NCBI GenBank assembly: GCA_965223545.1
Contig: OZ245006.1
Location: forward strand, 2,624,001 to 2,688,000
Length of the DNA: 64,000 bases
Direction: 5' to 3'
From: Planctomycetota bacterium
GTDB taxonomy: Bacteria; Planctomycetota; UBA1135; UBA2386
Below, in pieces: positions 37,566-48,217 of this stretch (position 1 is its first letter; each line of letters opens with the position of its first letter). A model generated the notes under the pieces. That model was not told the DNA's origin. It saw only the letters and a program-made list of their open reading frames with translations, and searched no databases. The position numbers and the translations under genes were made by a program.

Positions 37566-38449
37566 TGCCGCTGCTCGCGGTGATCGAAACGCCGGTGCGT
37601 GAAGAAGTGCAGCACTTGGTACAGGGCCTGATCCTCGGTCGGCAAGAAGGTGTGACCGACGGGGACGCGGATCGCGTCGGCTTCCCCGGCTAGACGCGCC
37701 TCAGCGGTGCCGACTCGGCCATCGTCATCGCCGGGGATCGAAGCGCTGAATCCCTCACCATCGCCGCGCCCGCCGTACACGTTGCCGAGCGGCATCGGTG
37801 GCGGCCCCAGCGTGGCGATGTAGCCGTTGCTCGGCGCCAGCTGGGCGGCGGCGGCAGAGCCGAGGATCAAGCGGTAGTACCAGGTGTCGTGCAGCTGCTC
37901 GGCCATCACCGCGCCTTGGTTGGGAGTGCCGAGAAACACCGCCGCGCGGAACGGCCGCGCGTCCGCGCGCGCCGCGTAAGTGCGCAGCACCAAGCCCCCC
38001 ATGCTGTGCGCCACCCCGAACAGCTCGACGGGTTGGCCATCGTCCCAGCCGCGGGCGGCGAGCTCGGCCTCGAGCCGCTCCGCCAGCCAGGCGCCGAGCT
38101 CGGGCAGCGTGCGCCCGTGCCCGAAGTAGGTCTCGGCAAACACGGGATACCCGTGCGCCTCGAGCAACCGCTCGATCTTCCACATCGACCAGCAACTGCG
38201 CGCGACGCCGTGCAGCGCGACCGCGAGCCGTCGCCGCCCGTCCGGTGGCGCCACCAGGGCCGGATGGTGCGCATTGGCGCCGAGGTTGATCACGGCGTCG
38301 AACGGCGTGGTCAGCTTGGTCAGCCCGGTGCAGGCCGCCAGGGTGAACACCCCCCCGCCGAGCAGGCCCATGCCGAGCCACCGCCACCGCGACCGGCGCC
38401 GCAACGGCACCGCGCTCTTGTCCCCAGTGGCTGCCGCGGGCTCAGCCAT
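37562..38449 (-). CDS. Alpha/beta hydrolase (lipase-like)
   Basis: LHG, AHSMGG, LGTPNQG, DDGRV, GHTF. Confidence 0.85.
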   Translation of the reverse strand: MAEPAAATGDKSAVPLRRRSRWRWLGMGLLGGGVFTLAACTGLTKLTTPFDAVINLGANAHHPALVAPPDGRRRLAVALHGVARSCWSMWKIERLLEAHGYPVFAETYFGHGRTLPELGAWLAERLEAELAARGWDDGQPVELFGVAHSMGGLVLRTYAARADARPFRAAVFLGTPNQGAVMAEQLHDTWYYRLILGSAAAAQLAPSNGYIATLGPPPMPLGNVYGGRGDGEGFSASIPGDDDGRVGTAEARLAGEADAIRVPVGHTFLPTEDQALYQVLHFFTHRRFDHREQRQ

Positions 38450-40169
38450 CACCTCCCAGCTCCGCGCGCACGCGCTCGAGCACGGTGCCCGCGTCGATCT
38501 CGCTGCGGTCGCTGCCGCGCCGCACGGTGAACTCGACGACGCGCTCCTCGGCGCGCCGACCGACGACCACCTGCAGGGGGAAACCGAGCAGATCCAGGTC
38601 CTTGAACTTCGCGCCGGGGCTCATCTTGCGATCATCGAGGCAGGCGTCGACTCCATCGGCCAACAGCGTCTGGTAGAGCTCTTCGGCGAGCGCGCGCTGG
38701 GATTCGCGCTTGACGTCGACGATCGCGACCACGACCTCGAACGGCGCGATCGGCGCTGGCCAGACGATGCCCTTGTCATCGTGGCACTGCTCCACCGCCG
38801 CCGCCGCCGTGCGGCTGATGCCGATGCCATAGCACCCCATGACGAACGGGGCCGGCTTGCCGTTCTGCGCCGCGAAGGTCGCCCCCATGGTCTCCGAGTA
38901 CTTGGTGCCGAGCTTGAAGATGTGGCCGACCTCGATGCCGCGGGCCTCGCGCAGCGTGCCCTCGCCGGTCGGGCAGGTCTCACCGGCGCGCGCGGTGCGC
39001 AAGTCGTGAAACTGCGCCGGCCGCGTGTCGCGCCCCAGGTTGACGTCGATGCAGTGGTAGCCGGTCTCATTGCAGCCACACAGCAAGTTGTTCTGCCGCT
39101 TCAACAACACATCGGCCAGCAGCGGGATGTCCTCCGGCAAGCCGACCGGTCCGGCAAACCCCACCTCCGCGCCGGTGCTGCGCGCGACCTCTTGCTCGTC
39201 ACACAACCGCACCGTCAACGCATCGAGCGCGTTCTGCAGCTTGACCTCGTTGAGCTCGCTGTCGCCGCGCATCATCACCGCGACGACCTGCTCGCGCTCG
39301 GCGTAGACCGCGGTGTAGAGCAGCGTCTTGGCCATCCGCTGCGGCGGCAGATCGAAGAAGGACTGCAGCTGCTCGACCGTGCGCACGTCGGGGGTCTCGA
39401 CCCTCTGCATCGGCCGCGGCTCGCCGGCGTCGTCGACCGCCGCGACCCGCGACGTCGCCTTCTCGACGTTGGCCGCGTAGCCGGACTCCTCGCAGAACAG
39501 CACCGCGTCCTCACCGGTGTCGGCGAGCACCATGAACTCCTCGCTGCCACTGCCGCCGATGGCACCGGCGTCGGCCTGCACGACGGTGAAGGTCAGCCCG
39601 CAGCGCGCGAACGCGTTGCGGTAGGCCTGCGCCATCTTGTCGTAGGCCACGTCGAGCCCAGCCGGATCGACGTCGAACGAGTACGCGTCCATCATGATGA
39701 ACTCGCGCCCGCGCATCAGGCCGAACCGCGGCCGGATCTCGTCGCGGAACTTGTCTTGGATCTGGTACAGGTTGACGGGCAGCTGCCGGTAGCTGTTGAT
39801 CAGCGTGTTGGCGAAGTCGGTCACCACCTCTTCGTGCGTGGGCCCCAGACACAGCTCGCCGCCGCGGCGGTCCTTCAGCGTGAACATGATGCCCTCGCCG
39901 ACGTAGCGCTCCCAGCGCTCCGAAGCCTCCCACAGCTCCTTGGGATGCAGGATCGGCATCATCATCTCCTGCGCCCCCTGTGCATCGAGCTCCTCGCGCA
40001 CGATCTGACTGACCTTGCGCAAGGTGCGCCACATCAGCGGCGCGTAGGTGTAGAGCCCGGCAGCGGTCTTGACGATGTAGCCGGCGCGCGCCAGCAGGCG
40101 GTGGCTCGGCACCTCGGCGTCGGCAGGGTCCTCGCGCAGAGTGGTGATCAGCAGCTGGCTCAGTCGCAT
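38442..40169 (-). CDS. proS: Proline--tRNA ligase
   Basis: GPTHEE, KFRDEIRPRFGLMRGREF, GIEVGHIFKLGTKYS, MGCYGIG. Confidence 0.97.
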   Translation of the reverse strand: MRLSQLLITTLREDPADAEVPSHRLLARAGYIVKTAAGLYTYAPLMWRTLRKVSQIVREELDAQGAQEMMMPILHPKELWEASERWERYVGEGIMFTLKDRRGGELCLGPTHEEVVTDFANTLINSYRQLPVNLYQIQDKFRDEIRPRFGLMRGREFIMMDAYSFDVDPAGLDVAYDKMAQAYRNAFARCGLTFTVVQADAGAIGGSGSEEFMVLADTGEDAVLFCEESGYAANVEKATSRVAAVDDAGEPRPMQRVETPDVRTVEQLQSFFDLPPQRMAKTLLYTAVYAEREQVVAVMMRGDSELNEVKLQNALDALTVRLCDEQEVARSTGAEVGFAGPVGLPEDIPLLADVLLKRQNNLLCGCNETGYHCIDVNLGRDTRPAQFHDLRTARAGETCPTGEGTLREARGIEVGHIFKLGTKYSETMGATFAAQNGKPAPFVMGCYGIGISRTAAAAVEQCHDDKGIVWPAPIAPFEVVVAIVDVKRESQRALAEELYQTLLADGVDACLDDRKMSPGAKFKDLDLLGFPLQVVVGRRAEERVVEFTVRRGSDRSEIDAGTVLERVRAELGGDG

Positions 40170-40263
40170 CGCGCTGGACAGTAGCGCGCGCGCCGCCGCG
40201 AAGAAACGGGCCCGCCGCGAGACGCTCCGTCGAAGACCCTCAGTCGAGGCCTCTGTCGAGACC

Positions 40264-40842
40264 TCAGTCGAGCTCGATCACGAACAGGCAGCTGAAGCTG
40301 ATCACGTTCTCGCTGAAGAACCGCGACATGTCGACGGCGCCCTGCAGGCGCACCATTCCCTGGGCGTTGGCGAACCGCCGCGAGCCCCAGAGGATGTTGC
40401 CCTGATCGGGGACGCTGCCGGTGACGTGGGTCTTGCCAGGCGCGCCATCGACGACCGGCTGAATCGTGGTGCGGTTGCGGGACTTGAGCGAGCCCCCGGG
40501 GAGGTGGAAGAACGAGGTGTTGGTGATGGCAAAGCCCTCGCCGAGCATGGGGTTGCCACCGGAGATGGTGTTGACGTCGAGGCAGTCCGACGCGGTGCCG
40601 ATGACTTTGCCCGTGGCGAGGTCGACGAGGTCGATGTCGAAGCAGTTGAGCATCACGCCATCGATCAAGCGCATCTCGCCGGTGGCGGTACCGCGCATCT
40701 CGAGCACCAAACGCTCGCCGGCGTTGGCCGGAAGCTCCATTGCCGGCGACTCCGCGGTGGGAGCAAGCGGCAAAGTCAGCGGAGCGGTGATCGAAACCAG
40801 ACCGAGAACCAAGGCGGCGGGGACGGACTTGAAGGACAGCAT
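40264..40842 (-). CDS. Secreted hypothetical beta-rich protein (dirigent/AOC-like fold possible)
   Basis: Signal-like N-terminus, 'G..RF.NA.G.V' motif; ATG 40842. Confidence 0.6.
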   Translation of the reverse strand: MLSFKSVPAALVLGLVSITAPLTLPLAPTAESPAMELPANAGERLVLEMRGTATGEMRLIDGVMLNCFDIDLVDLATGKVIGTASDCLDVNTISGGNPMLGEGFAITNTSFFHLPGGSLKSRNRTTIQPVVDGAPGKTHVTGSVPDQGNILWGSRRFANAQGMVRLQGAVDMSRFFSENVISFSCLFVIELD

Positions 40843-40954
40843 GGGGTCGGAACCTCGATTGTGAGACGGGATGGAAACGCCCGCGCGCGCGGGCGCCGTC
40901 TCCTCATGCGCAGCCCCGTGGCCCCACCGGCCACATCTTTTCTCTGCAGGCTCG

Positions 40955-43651
40955 TCAGGGGGTGACGTGCGCCATCGCGTTGGTCGCCGCCAGCCCGGCC
41001 GGCGCACCGGCATCGAGAATCCACGCCTGGGCGTAGAAGGTCGCGCCGGTGGCGACGGCGACCGGCACGGGCAACCGCGCCGACGCCGCGCCCGCGGCGT
41101 CGGTGGCGAACGGGACGCCGGCATCCGGACTCGGCACCAACGTCCCGCCGAGGAACGGCAGATTGAGCTGCTGCACCCCGAGCACGAACGCCGCGGGACT
41201 CGCCGGCGCAGCACTGGTGACCGCCAGCGTTACCGTCGACCCGATCTGCACCGCGCCGTGCGCCTCGAGCACCGGCTCGCCGCCAGCCCCCGCCAAGCCG
41301 AAGCCCAGGTCGCGCCAGCTGCCTTGCCGCCACGCGTCGACGCGGAACGCGGCCACGGGAGGGCCGGCGTGGAAGCGGGCGGCGAGGAACAGGTTGCTGC
41401 CCTCACTGCCGACGAGTGCCGGGCCGATCTCGTGCTCCGCGCCCGCGGTGACGACGTAGCCATCGGGATCGAGAAGCGTCCCCGCCGCGCTGACGCGCGC
41501 GGCGTAGATGTCGGTCCGCCAGTCGAAGAACGCGGCTTGGTTGCGCTCGTCTTGCCACGCCACGACGAACTCCCGGTCGTTCCAGGTCGCGGTCGGCGCG
41601 TATTGGTTGGCGGTCGCGCCGCTCAGGCTCACCGACCGCAGCCGCACGCCGCTGGCGTCGTACAACGCCGCGCCGATATCGGTCGGTAGACTCGCATTGT
41701 CGACGTAGGCGACCAGGATCCGATCCTGCGACGCCGCGACGGTCGCCGATGCGCTGCCCCCGGCGGTCGGGCTGCCCGACACCAGCTGCGGCGGCGACGC
41801 GCTGCCGTTGTTGCGGACGATCGCCATCTGCACGGTCGACCGGGGGTTGTCGTGCGAGGCGTGCCGCTGCCAGGCCACAACCCAGTCGTTGCCCATGGCG
41901 GTGGCGTCGACGAACTGGCTGTAGTTCGTACCGATCACCAAGGGGGATGGATCGAGCACCGCGCCCGTGTCATCGACGCGCGCGGCGATCGGGAACTGGA
42001 TCTGCGACGACGAGAACTGACTCGCGGCGACGAGAAACACCCCGCCCGCGGCGGCACACGACGGCAACAACCCGTTCATCACCAGTAACGGCTGTGGGTC
42101 GAGCACGGTGCCATCGGCGGCCATCCGCGCGGCGAGAACGCGATCGTCGGTGCGGCTCGAGCCATTGCGGTCGTGCCAAGCGATCAAGAAGACACTGCCG
42201 TTCCAAGCAACGCTCGGGCTCCCGTAGGTCGCGTTGTTGGCGATCTCCACCGGCTCGGCGTCGAGGCTGCGCCCAAGCCGGTCCAGCCGGCGTGCCATGA
42301 TGCGATTGCCGGCCGCGCTCTCGCTGGTGAAGACCGCGAGAAAGCCCGCTCCACCCGCGGCGATCTCCGGTGCCGCTTGGCGCGGCGCACCGGTCGACAG
42401 CTCCATCGCGGCACCGCTGGCGAGCGCCGAAGACACCGTCATGCCGAAGATGTCCCCGGTGTGCACTGGCACCGTGGTCGGATCGTCCCATACCAAGAGG
42501 ACCGAGCCGGACGCACCACCCGCACCGACCGCCGGGTTGACCGCCGACGCGGTGGCGGGCAACGGCACGCCCTCGGGGTCGAGCACGACCCCCGCGGGTG
42601 AAATGCGGGCCACGCGAAGGCCAGCGTTGCTGCCGAACAAGTCCGCGCGACGAAACCCCGTGACCCAGGTGCTGCCATTGAACGCGACATCGACGTGCTC
42701 CAGTCGCTCGGAGCCCACTCCGGTGGCGACGCGGATCTGGGCGCCGACGACTCGAGTCGGCGAAACGCGCAGCACCGAGATCTCCTCCGGCCCGATCGAT
42801 GGGTCGTACGAGCGCGCGACGAGGAACTCGTTGCCATCGCTCGCTACCCGCGGCCGAAACCCTCGCGAGATGAAGAAGATGCCACCCACCGCGCCACCGG
42901 CGGAGTCGATCAGCAGGCCGCGCACGTCCGTCTGCGACCACACCAACAGATAGCGGCCACCGGCAAACGCCAGGTCGTAGTTGAACTGCAGCCCCGACTG
43001 GTCCGGCAGCGGCGTGCCGCCTGGATTGAGCACCTGCCCACCCGCGCCGATGACGAACGAAAGCGGCGTGTCCTCACCGCCCGACGTGCCCGCCGACACC
43101 ACCAAGAACCCGTTGCCGTCGCTGCCGAGAGCGAACTCCGCGTCGATGGAGAACGGATAGCGGTAGACCGAGATCGGCGTCGGATCGAGCACGACACCGC
43201 TCGACGAGACCCGCACCGCCATGATCTCGGCGCGGTAGAAGAACTGGTTGGGCGTGCGCTGCTGCCACACGACCAGCCAGTCGGTGCCGTTCCACGCGAC
43301 CTTCGGCTCGTCCTTTTCGCCGAACAGATCGGTGATCGGAAACGGAACCGCATCCAACGGACCGGACTCGGCGACGCGCATCGCGTACAGCCCGCGCGCC
43401 GGCTCCGCGTTGAGGAGAGACGAGAAGCGCTCCCGGTGATCGGGCCAGACGACCAGCCACGAGTCCTGCCCGCGCGCCACGGCCGGCTCGTGTTGCTCAC
43501 CGCCGGCCGGGCCGACGGCGGCATCCCCCGGCCACGCCGGCAACTCCGACACCGGGGCGGGCGCCTGGGCCGTGGCAACGATGCCAAGCCAAGCGATCGC
43601 CAGCAGCGCAATCGAGAAGGGGAGACAGAACGCAACGGACCGGGAGTTCAT
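40955..43651 (-). CDS. Large secreted beta-propeller-like repeat protein with the shared C-terminal domain
   Basis: Signal peptide, repeated 'VAWNG..LV.W...A.R...G.VLDP' units, ends ATFYAQAW..DAGAPAGLAATNA. Confidence 0.75.
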   Translation of the reverse strand: MNSRSVAFCLPFSIALLAIAWLGIVATAQAPAPVSELPAWPGDAAVGPAGGEQHEPAVARGQDSWLVVWPDHRERFSSLLNAEPARGLYAMRVAESGPLDAVPFPITDLFGEKDEPKVAWNGTDWLVVWQQRTPNQFFYRAEIMAVRVSSSGVVLDPTPISVYRYPFSIDAEFALGSDGNGFLVVSAGTSGGEDTPLSFVIGAGGQVLNPGGTPLPDQSGLQFNYDLAFAGGRYLLVWSQTDVRGLLIDSAGGAVGGIFFISRGFRPRVASDGNEFLVARSYDPSIGPEEISVLRVSPTRVVGAQIRVATGVGSERLEHVDVAFNGSTWVTGFRRADLFGSNAGLRVARISPAGVVLDPEGVPLPATASAVNPAVGAGGASGSVLLVWDDPTTVPVHTGDIFGMTVSSALASGAAMELSTGAPRQAAPEIAAGGAGFLAVFTSESAAGNRIMARRLDRLGRSLDAEPVEIANNATYGSPSVAWNGSVFLIAWHDRNGSSRTDDRVLAARMAADGTVLDPQPLLVMNGLLPSCAAAGGVFLVAASQFSSSQIQFPIAARVDDTGAVLDPSPLVIGTNYSQFVDATAMGNDWVVAWQRHASHDNPRSTVQMAIVRNNGSASPPQLVSGSPTAGGSASATVAASQDRILVAYVDNASLPTDIGAALYDASGVRLRSVSLSGATANQYAPTATWNDREFVVAWQDERNQAAFFDWRTDIYAARVSAAGTLLDPDGYVVTAGAEHEIGPALVGSEGSNLFLAARFHAGPPVAAFRVDAWRQGSWRDLGFGLAGAGGEPVLEAHGAVQIGSTVTLAVTSAAPASPAAFVLGVQQLNLPFLGGTLVPSPDAGVPFATDAAGAASARLPVPVAVATGATFYAQAWILDAGAPAGLAATNAMAHVTP

Positions 43652-43776
43652 GGGCGGTTCCACTGGAGACAAGAGTAGGCCACGAGCGCGGAGGGCAACT
43701 GTCGTGCCGCGACCGGCGTTGCGACGGCCTGTCCGGAATCGCGACGCAGTCGAGCCGAGGGCGACCCGATGCCCTC

Positions 43777-44535
43777 TCAGAACGCCGCGAGCAGGTCCAA
43801 GGCGCGGCCCAGGCCCGGACCCGAGCGGGCTCCGTGCCAGCAGAAGTCCTTGCCGCTGACCAGCGATACCGGACACCCGGCGCCGAACAGTTGGTCGCGC
43901 ACCGCGGCGTCGCGGTGCTCGACGCCGAACTCGTAGGGCTCGTCGGGCAGCAGCACCAACTCCGCACCGAGCTGACGCAACGCGCTCGCGTCGAACGACG
44001 GGTAGCGATCGTCGTGCTCGGCGGCGACGTTGAGTGCGCCGGCGCGGGTCAACACATCGTGGATGTAGGTGTCGCGGTTGACGCTCATCCACGGCTTGGG
44101 CCAGATCACATAGAAGACGCGCACGGTGCCGCGCGTCAGCCGCTCGACTTCACCGCGCGTGATCTGTGCATCCAGCTCGAGCAGCATCGCGCGCGACTCT
44201 TCGTCGGCGTCGAGGTGCTGGCCGAGATCTCGAATCACGGTGCCAGCCTCCGGCACGGTGCGCGGCATCGCCTCGTACACCGGGAAGCGCTGGCGCAGCC
44301 AAGCGACGTCGTCCGCGCGGTTCTCCTCGCTGTTGACCAAGACGAGATCGGGATCGAACGCGGCCAGCGCTTCGAGGTCGGGGTTCTTGGTGCCACCGAT
44401 CCGTGGCACGCCGCCGAGGTCGGCAGCGGGCTCGACGCAGTAGCGGGTGCAGGCGACCAGGCGTTTGCCGGCACCGAGCGCACACACGGTCTCGGTCCAC
44501 GACGGCACCAGCGACACCACCCGCTCCGCAGTCAC
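43777..44535 (-). CDS. Helical-backbone metal receptor (BtuF-like), no signal peptide
   Basis: VVSLVPS.TE, T.YC..P, GGTKNP, N.EEN, EPY.F. Confidence 0.85.
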   Translation of the reverse strand: MTAERVVSLVPSWTETVCALGAGKRLVACTRYCVEPAADLGGVPRIGGTKNPDLEALAAFDPDLVLVNSEENRADDVAWLRQRFPVYEAMPRTVPEAGTVIRDLGQHLDADEESRAMLLELDAQITRGEVERLTRGTVRVFYVIWPKPWMSVNRDTYIHDVLTRAGALNVAAEHDDRYPSFDASALRQLGAELVLLPDEPYEFGVEHRDAAVRDQLFGAGCPVSLVSGKDFCWHGARSGPGLGRALDLLAAF

Positions 44536-45938
44536 TCGCCCGCTCCGCTCAGCATCGTCTCCACCGACACCGGCTTGATCGGCACCTGCACGACCGGACA
44601 TGGAGGCGGTCCGTCGGTCAGCCGCAGCCGATCGACGAGCAAGTCGTGCAACAAGGGCTGGCAGATCCGCCCCTGACACGGGCCCATGCCGGCGCGGCAG
44701 CCCATCTTCACCGCCCGCAGATCGCTGCCGTAGAGCTCCGCCGCCTCGCGCACCGCGGCCAGCGACACGTCTTCACAGCGGCACACGATGGTGTCGTCGG
44801 TGGCCAGCTCGGCCAAGCCCGGCGGCAGCGCGAAGGCGGCCAGCATGGCGTCCGAGGCGCGGCGCTCGCGGACGCGCCGCGCGCCCGCCCGCCGCAGCGC
44901 GTCGTTCCGCGCGGCATCGGGCAACGCCATTTCCGCGGCGATCGCGAGCCCCGCCAGCGCGCCCTCGGCGATCGCCACATCGGCACCGCCGATGCCGGCG
45001 ATCTCACCGGCGACGTAGACCCCGGAGACGCTGGTCTTCATCTGGGGATCGTGCACCGGCAGCCACCCACCGCGCACCGCGTGATAGCGCATCTCGCACC
45101 CCAACAGCCGGGCGACTTCGATCTGCGGCAACAAGCCGTAGCCGACGCAGATCAAGTCGACGTCCACTTCGATTGCGGTCTCGCGGCGCGGCCGCCCCTG
45201 ACCATCGACCTTGCCGATGACCGCCGCCGAGACGGCCTCGTCGCCACGCGCCTCGAACAACGCCCAGCCCGGCCGGTAGTCGACACGGCGGCCGAGCATC
45301 AGCCGCGCGTAGTGCCAGGCCTCGCGGCGACGCATCGAGCTGCCGAGCACGCCACCCACAGCGCGCAGGGCGCGGCGCCGCGTGCAGACCTCGAGCGCAG
45401 CCACCACCTCGACCTCGGCGGCGAGCAGCGCCGCGACCGTCGGCAGCAAGAGTGGTCCAGTCCCCGCCACCAGCGCGCGCCGGCCGGGCTCGATCGCGAA
45501 GCCGCGGACCAAGACCTGCGCCGCCCCGGCGGTGATCACTCCGGGCAACGTCCAACCGGGAAAGGCCAGCGAACGGTCGTAGGCGCCGGTCGCCAGCACG
45601 GCGTACTCCCACTCGAGCCGCTGCCGCGCGCCGTCGACCTCGAGTTCGAACCAACCGGGACCGGCATCCCAGACCAGCGCTCCGGTCAGCACTTCGATCT
45701 CGAGCTCGCCGACTTCGGTGAGCAGCGCGTGCCCGCGCTCGTGGTTGGGCGATGCGAGCTCCACGCACGCACCGACCTCGTAGCCACGGGGCGGCTGGCG
45801 GAAGATCTGTCCGCCGGCCCGCGCGGCCTCGTCGATGACCACGACGCGACCGCCGACCTTGGCCAGCTCGGTCGCCGCCGCCATCCCCGCGGGCCCAGCG
45901 CCGAGTACGGCGACCTGAGTGCGGCGCGCTTCGGTCAT
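44532..45938 (-). CDS. FAD/NAD(P) oxidoreductase with BFD-like 2Fe-2S domain (HcnB/OoxA-like)
   Basis: GAGPAG, LATGAYDR..FPGWTLPGV, VCRCEDV, GMGPCQGRIC. Confidence 0.88.
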   Translation of the reverse strand: MTEARRTQVAVLGAGPAGMAAATELAKVGGRVVVIDEAARAGGQIFRQPPRGYEVGACVELASPNHERGHALLTEVGELEIEVLTGALVWDAGPGWFELEVDGARQRLEWEYAVLATGAYDRSLAFPGWTLPGVITAGAAQVLVRGFAIEPGRRALVAGTGPLLLPTVAALLAAEVEVVAALEVCTRRRALRAVGGVLGSSMRRREAWHYARLMLGRRVDYRPGWALFEARGDEAVSAAVIGKVDGQGRPRRETAIEVDVDLICVGYGLLPQIEVARLLGCEMRYHAVRGGWLPVHDPQMKTSVSGVYVAGEIAGIGGADVAIAEGALAGLAIAAEMALPDAARNDALRRAGARRVRERRASDAMLAAFALPPGLAELATDDTIVCRCEDVSLAAVREAAELYGSDLRAVKMGCRAGMGPCQGRICQPLLHDLLVDRLRLTDGPPPCPVVQVPIKPVSVETMLSGAGE

Positions 45939-46213
45939 GCGGGCTCCACCGTCGCGCCGTCACGCACGGCCGCCATGCAGGCGCGCACCTCGCGACCTTC
46001 GATCCGCACCAAGCACTCGTAGCAGACGCCCATGTTGCAGTACACGCCGCGCGGCGCGCCGATCACGGTCGAGCGGCGGGTGGCGCGAACGCCGGCCGCC
46101 CACAGCGCGGCGGCGATCGACTCGCCCTCGTACGCCACCACCTCGCGGCCCGCGAAGGTGAAGCGCACCGGCGCGCCAGGCCGCTTGGCTCGGCTCCACC
46201 GGCCGGTGGTCAT
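45935..46213 (-). CDS. 2Fe-2S subunit (HcnA-like)
   Basis: GESIAAAL, RGVYCNMGVCYECLV, RAC. Confidence 0.88.
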   Translation of the reverse strand: MTTGRWSRAKRPGAPVRFTFAGREVVAYEGESIAAALWAAGVRATRRSTVIGAPRGVYCNMGVCYECLVRIEGREVRACMAAVRDGATVEPA

Positions 46214-47403
46214 GCGGGCTCCCCGCTGCCGGCCGACAGCCGCGTCGGATGGAACGCGTGCATCAGCGGGTCGACCTGACCACCGATGGCGTCGGCGATC
46301 AAGGCTCCCGTGATCGGCGCGAGCGAGATCCCCAGCCCCTCGTGACCGGTGGCCAACCACAGACCCGGCACCTCACCGACCGGTCCGATCAACGGCAACT
46401 TGTCGAGGGTGTACGGCCGCAGCCCCGCCCAGGTGCGGGTGACGCGGGCACCGCGCAAGCCGGGCACGAAGCGCGCGGCGGTGCGCAACGAGTCGCGCAG
46501 CAGCGCGCGCTGGACCGCGCGGTCGGGGGCGAACTGTCGCGTCGAACCGATCAGGCAGGTGCCGTTGGATTGGGGTTGGACGTTGAGCGCGTGGGCACCG
46601 GGGTCGGCGGCGGAATCTCTCGGGTCGACGGCCGCCGTCGTCGTCGTGCGCAGGTAGCCCACCTCGAGCAGCTGGTGGCGCACCGGCGTCTCCCGCGGCA
46701 TGGTGATCGCCAGGTCGCCGCGCCGGGCGTAGACCGGCAACTCGGGCACACCGGCCGACGCGGCGATCTCGGCCGACCAGACGCCAGCGGCCAACACGAC
46801 GTGAGGCGCGGCGATGGCGCCGCGCGGCGTGATCACACCGGTGACCGCGCCGTCGTTGGATCGGAGAACACGCGTCACCGGCGCGTTCCGCCACACCACA
46901 GCGCCGGCCTCCATCGCCGCCCGCAACAGCGCGCCCGCCGCCAGCATCGGCATCAGCACACCGTCCTCCGCAAACCAGTACGCGCCCGGCAAGTCCGGGG
47001 CAACGCCCGGCTCCCGCGCGCGCAGCGCCGCGGCATCGAGGCGCTCGCCGGCACAGCCCTCCGCCGCGAACACGCGCTCGAGCTCGTCCAGGAGCTCGAG
47101 ATCGGCGGCGCACTCTGCCAACCACAGCGCACCGGTGGCGTTGAGCTCGAAGGTGCCGAGCTCGGCGCGCAGCGCGTGCCACAACCGCACGCTGGCCAGG
47201 GTCAGCGCGCGCATCGGATCGGGACTCGGCACGACCATGAGATGCCCCATGCAGCAGCCACTCGTGCCGGTGGCGATGCCGTCGCGTTCGACCAGGACCG
47301 TGGCCAAGCCGGCGCGGGTCGCGTAGTACGCGACCGCGCAGCCGACGATGCCGCCGCCGACTACGACGACGTCCGCGGTCTGTGTGCTTGTCGTGCCGCC
47401 CAT
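46210..47403 (-). CDS. FAD-dependent DAO-family oxidoreductase (HcnC/OoxB-like)
   Basis: VVGGGIVG, AAGVWS, IGSTRQF, WAGLRP..D.LP.IG, ATGHEGLGI. Confidence 0.88.
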   Translation of the reverse strand: MGGTTSTQTADVVVVGGGIVGCAVAYYATRAGLATVLVERDGIATGTSGCCMGHLMVVPSPDPMRALTLASVRLWHALRAELGTFELNATGALWLAECAADLELLDELERVFAAEGCAGERLDAAALRAREPGVAPDLPGAYWFAEDGVLMPMLAAGALLRAAMEAGAVVWRNAPVTRVLRSNDGAVTGVITPRGAIAAPHVVLAAGVWSAEIAASAGVPELPVYARRGDLAITMPRETPVRHQLLEVGYLRTTTTAAVDPRDSAADPGAHALNVQPQSNGTCLIGSTRQFAPDRAVQRALLRDSLRTAARFVPGLRGARVTRTWAGLRPYTLDKLPLIGPVGEVPGLWLATGHEGLGISLAPITGALIADAIGGQVDPLMHAFHPTRLSAGSGEPA

Positions 47404-47539
47404 GGCCGACAGCAGGAATAGCCGATGAGATTCGCGCGTGCCTCCCCGACGACGCGAAATGCATCGCCGCCCCCGATGCTCCGCGGCGGTGATCGGGGCA
47501 ATCTGCCGGCGCCCATTCCACCTAGCGCGCAGGTGCTCG

Positions 47540-48199
47540 ATGATCCGAGTCATGATCACTCTGACGACCTTCTTGCTTCCCCTGCTGCCGGCGGTCGTGG
47601 CGCTCGGCACACCGGCGGTCTTGCATCCGCATCACCCCAAGGCGATCCGCATCGGCGGAGCGGCGGGGTCGGTGAACATCACGTACTTCACGGTTCCGTA
47701 CAACGAGACGCATCTCGCCAATCTGCAGCCGGGGTTTTCCTGGCATCTCGGGTTCTCCACTTGGAAGACCGACGTGCAGCTCCAGTGTGGTGAGGTGACG
47801 ATCCCGGCGGGCGAGTACAAGCTCGACGCGGTCCACGCCGAGGACGGCTGGCACTTCGAGCTGAGCAACCTCGAGCTGGCGATGGCGAAGATGCGGGCGC
47901 GGTTCACCCGCGGCGAACGCGCCGAGGCAGCGCAGCAGCGGCTGGCCGAGCTGGTCACCGAGCTGGCGGACAGCGGCGGGACCGAGACCTACCGGCTACA
48001 CGCCGACAGCTTCAAAGCGGACGACGAGGAGCACCTCGCGATGTACGCGATCCACCGCGGCTACAACACCACGCAGCGCATGAGCGAGACCCCGGCGAGC
48101 GGCGCCGAGTTCTCGCTGCGGATCAGCTTCGGCGACCTGCACCGCGAGGTGTCGGTGACCGAGGTGTTCGTGCCTCCGGCCGACGAGGGCGGCCGCTGA
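47540..48199 (+). CDS. Secreted hypothetical protein, DUF2911-like
   Basis: Signal-like start, 'W.LG', 'IPAGEY.L'; start 47540 or 47552. Confidence 0.55.
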   Translation: MIRVMITLTTFLLPLLPAVVALGTPAVLHPHHPKAIRIGGAAGSVNITYFTVPYNETHLANLQPGFSWHLGFSTWKTDVQLQCGEVTIPAGEYKLDAVHAEDGWHFELSNLELAMAKMRARFTRGERAEAAQQRLAELVTELADSGGTETYRLHADSFKADDEEHLAMYAIHRGYNTTQRMSETPASGAEFSLRISFGDLHREVSVTEVFVPPADEGGR

Positions 48200-48217
48200 G
48201 ACGGCCGGCGATCGCCC

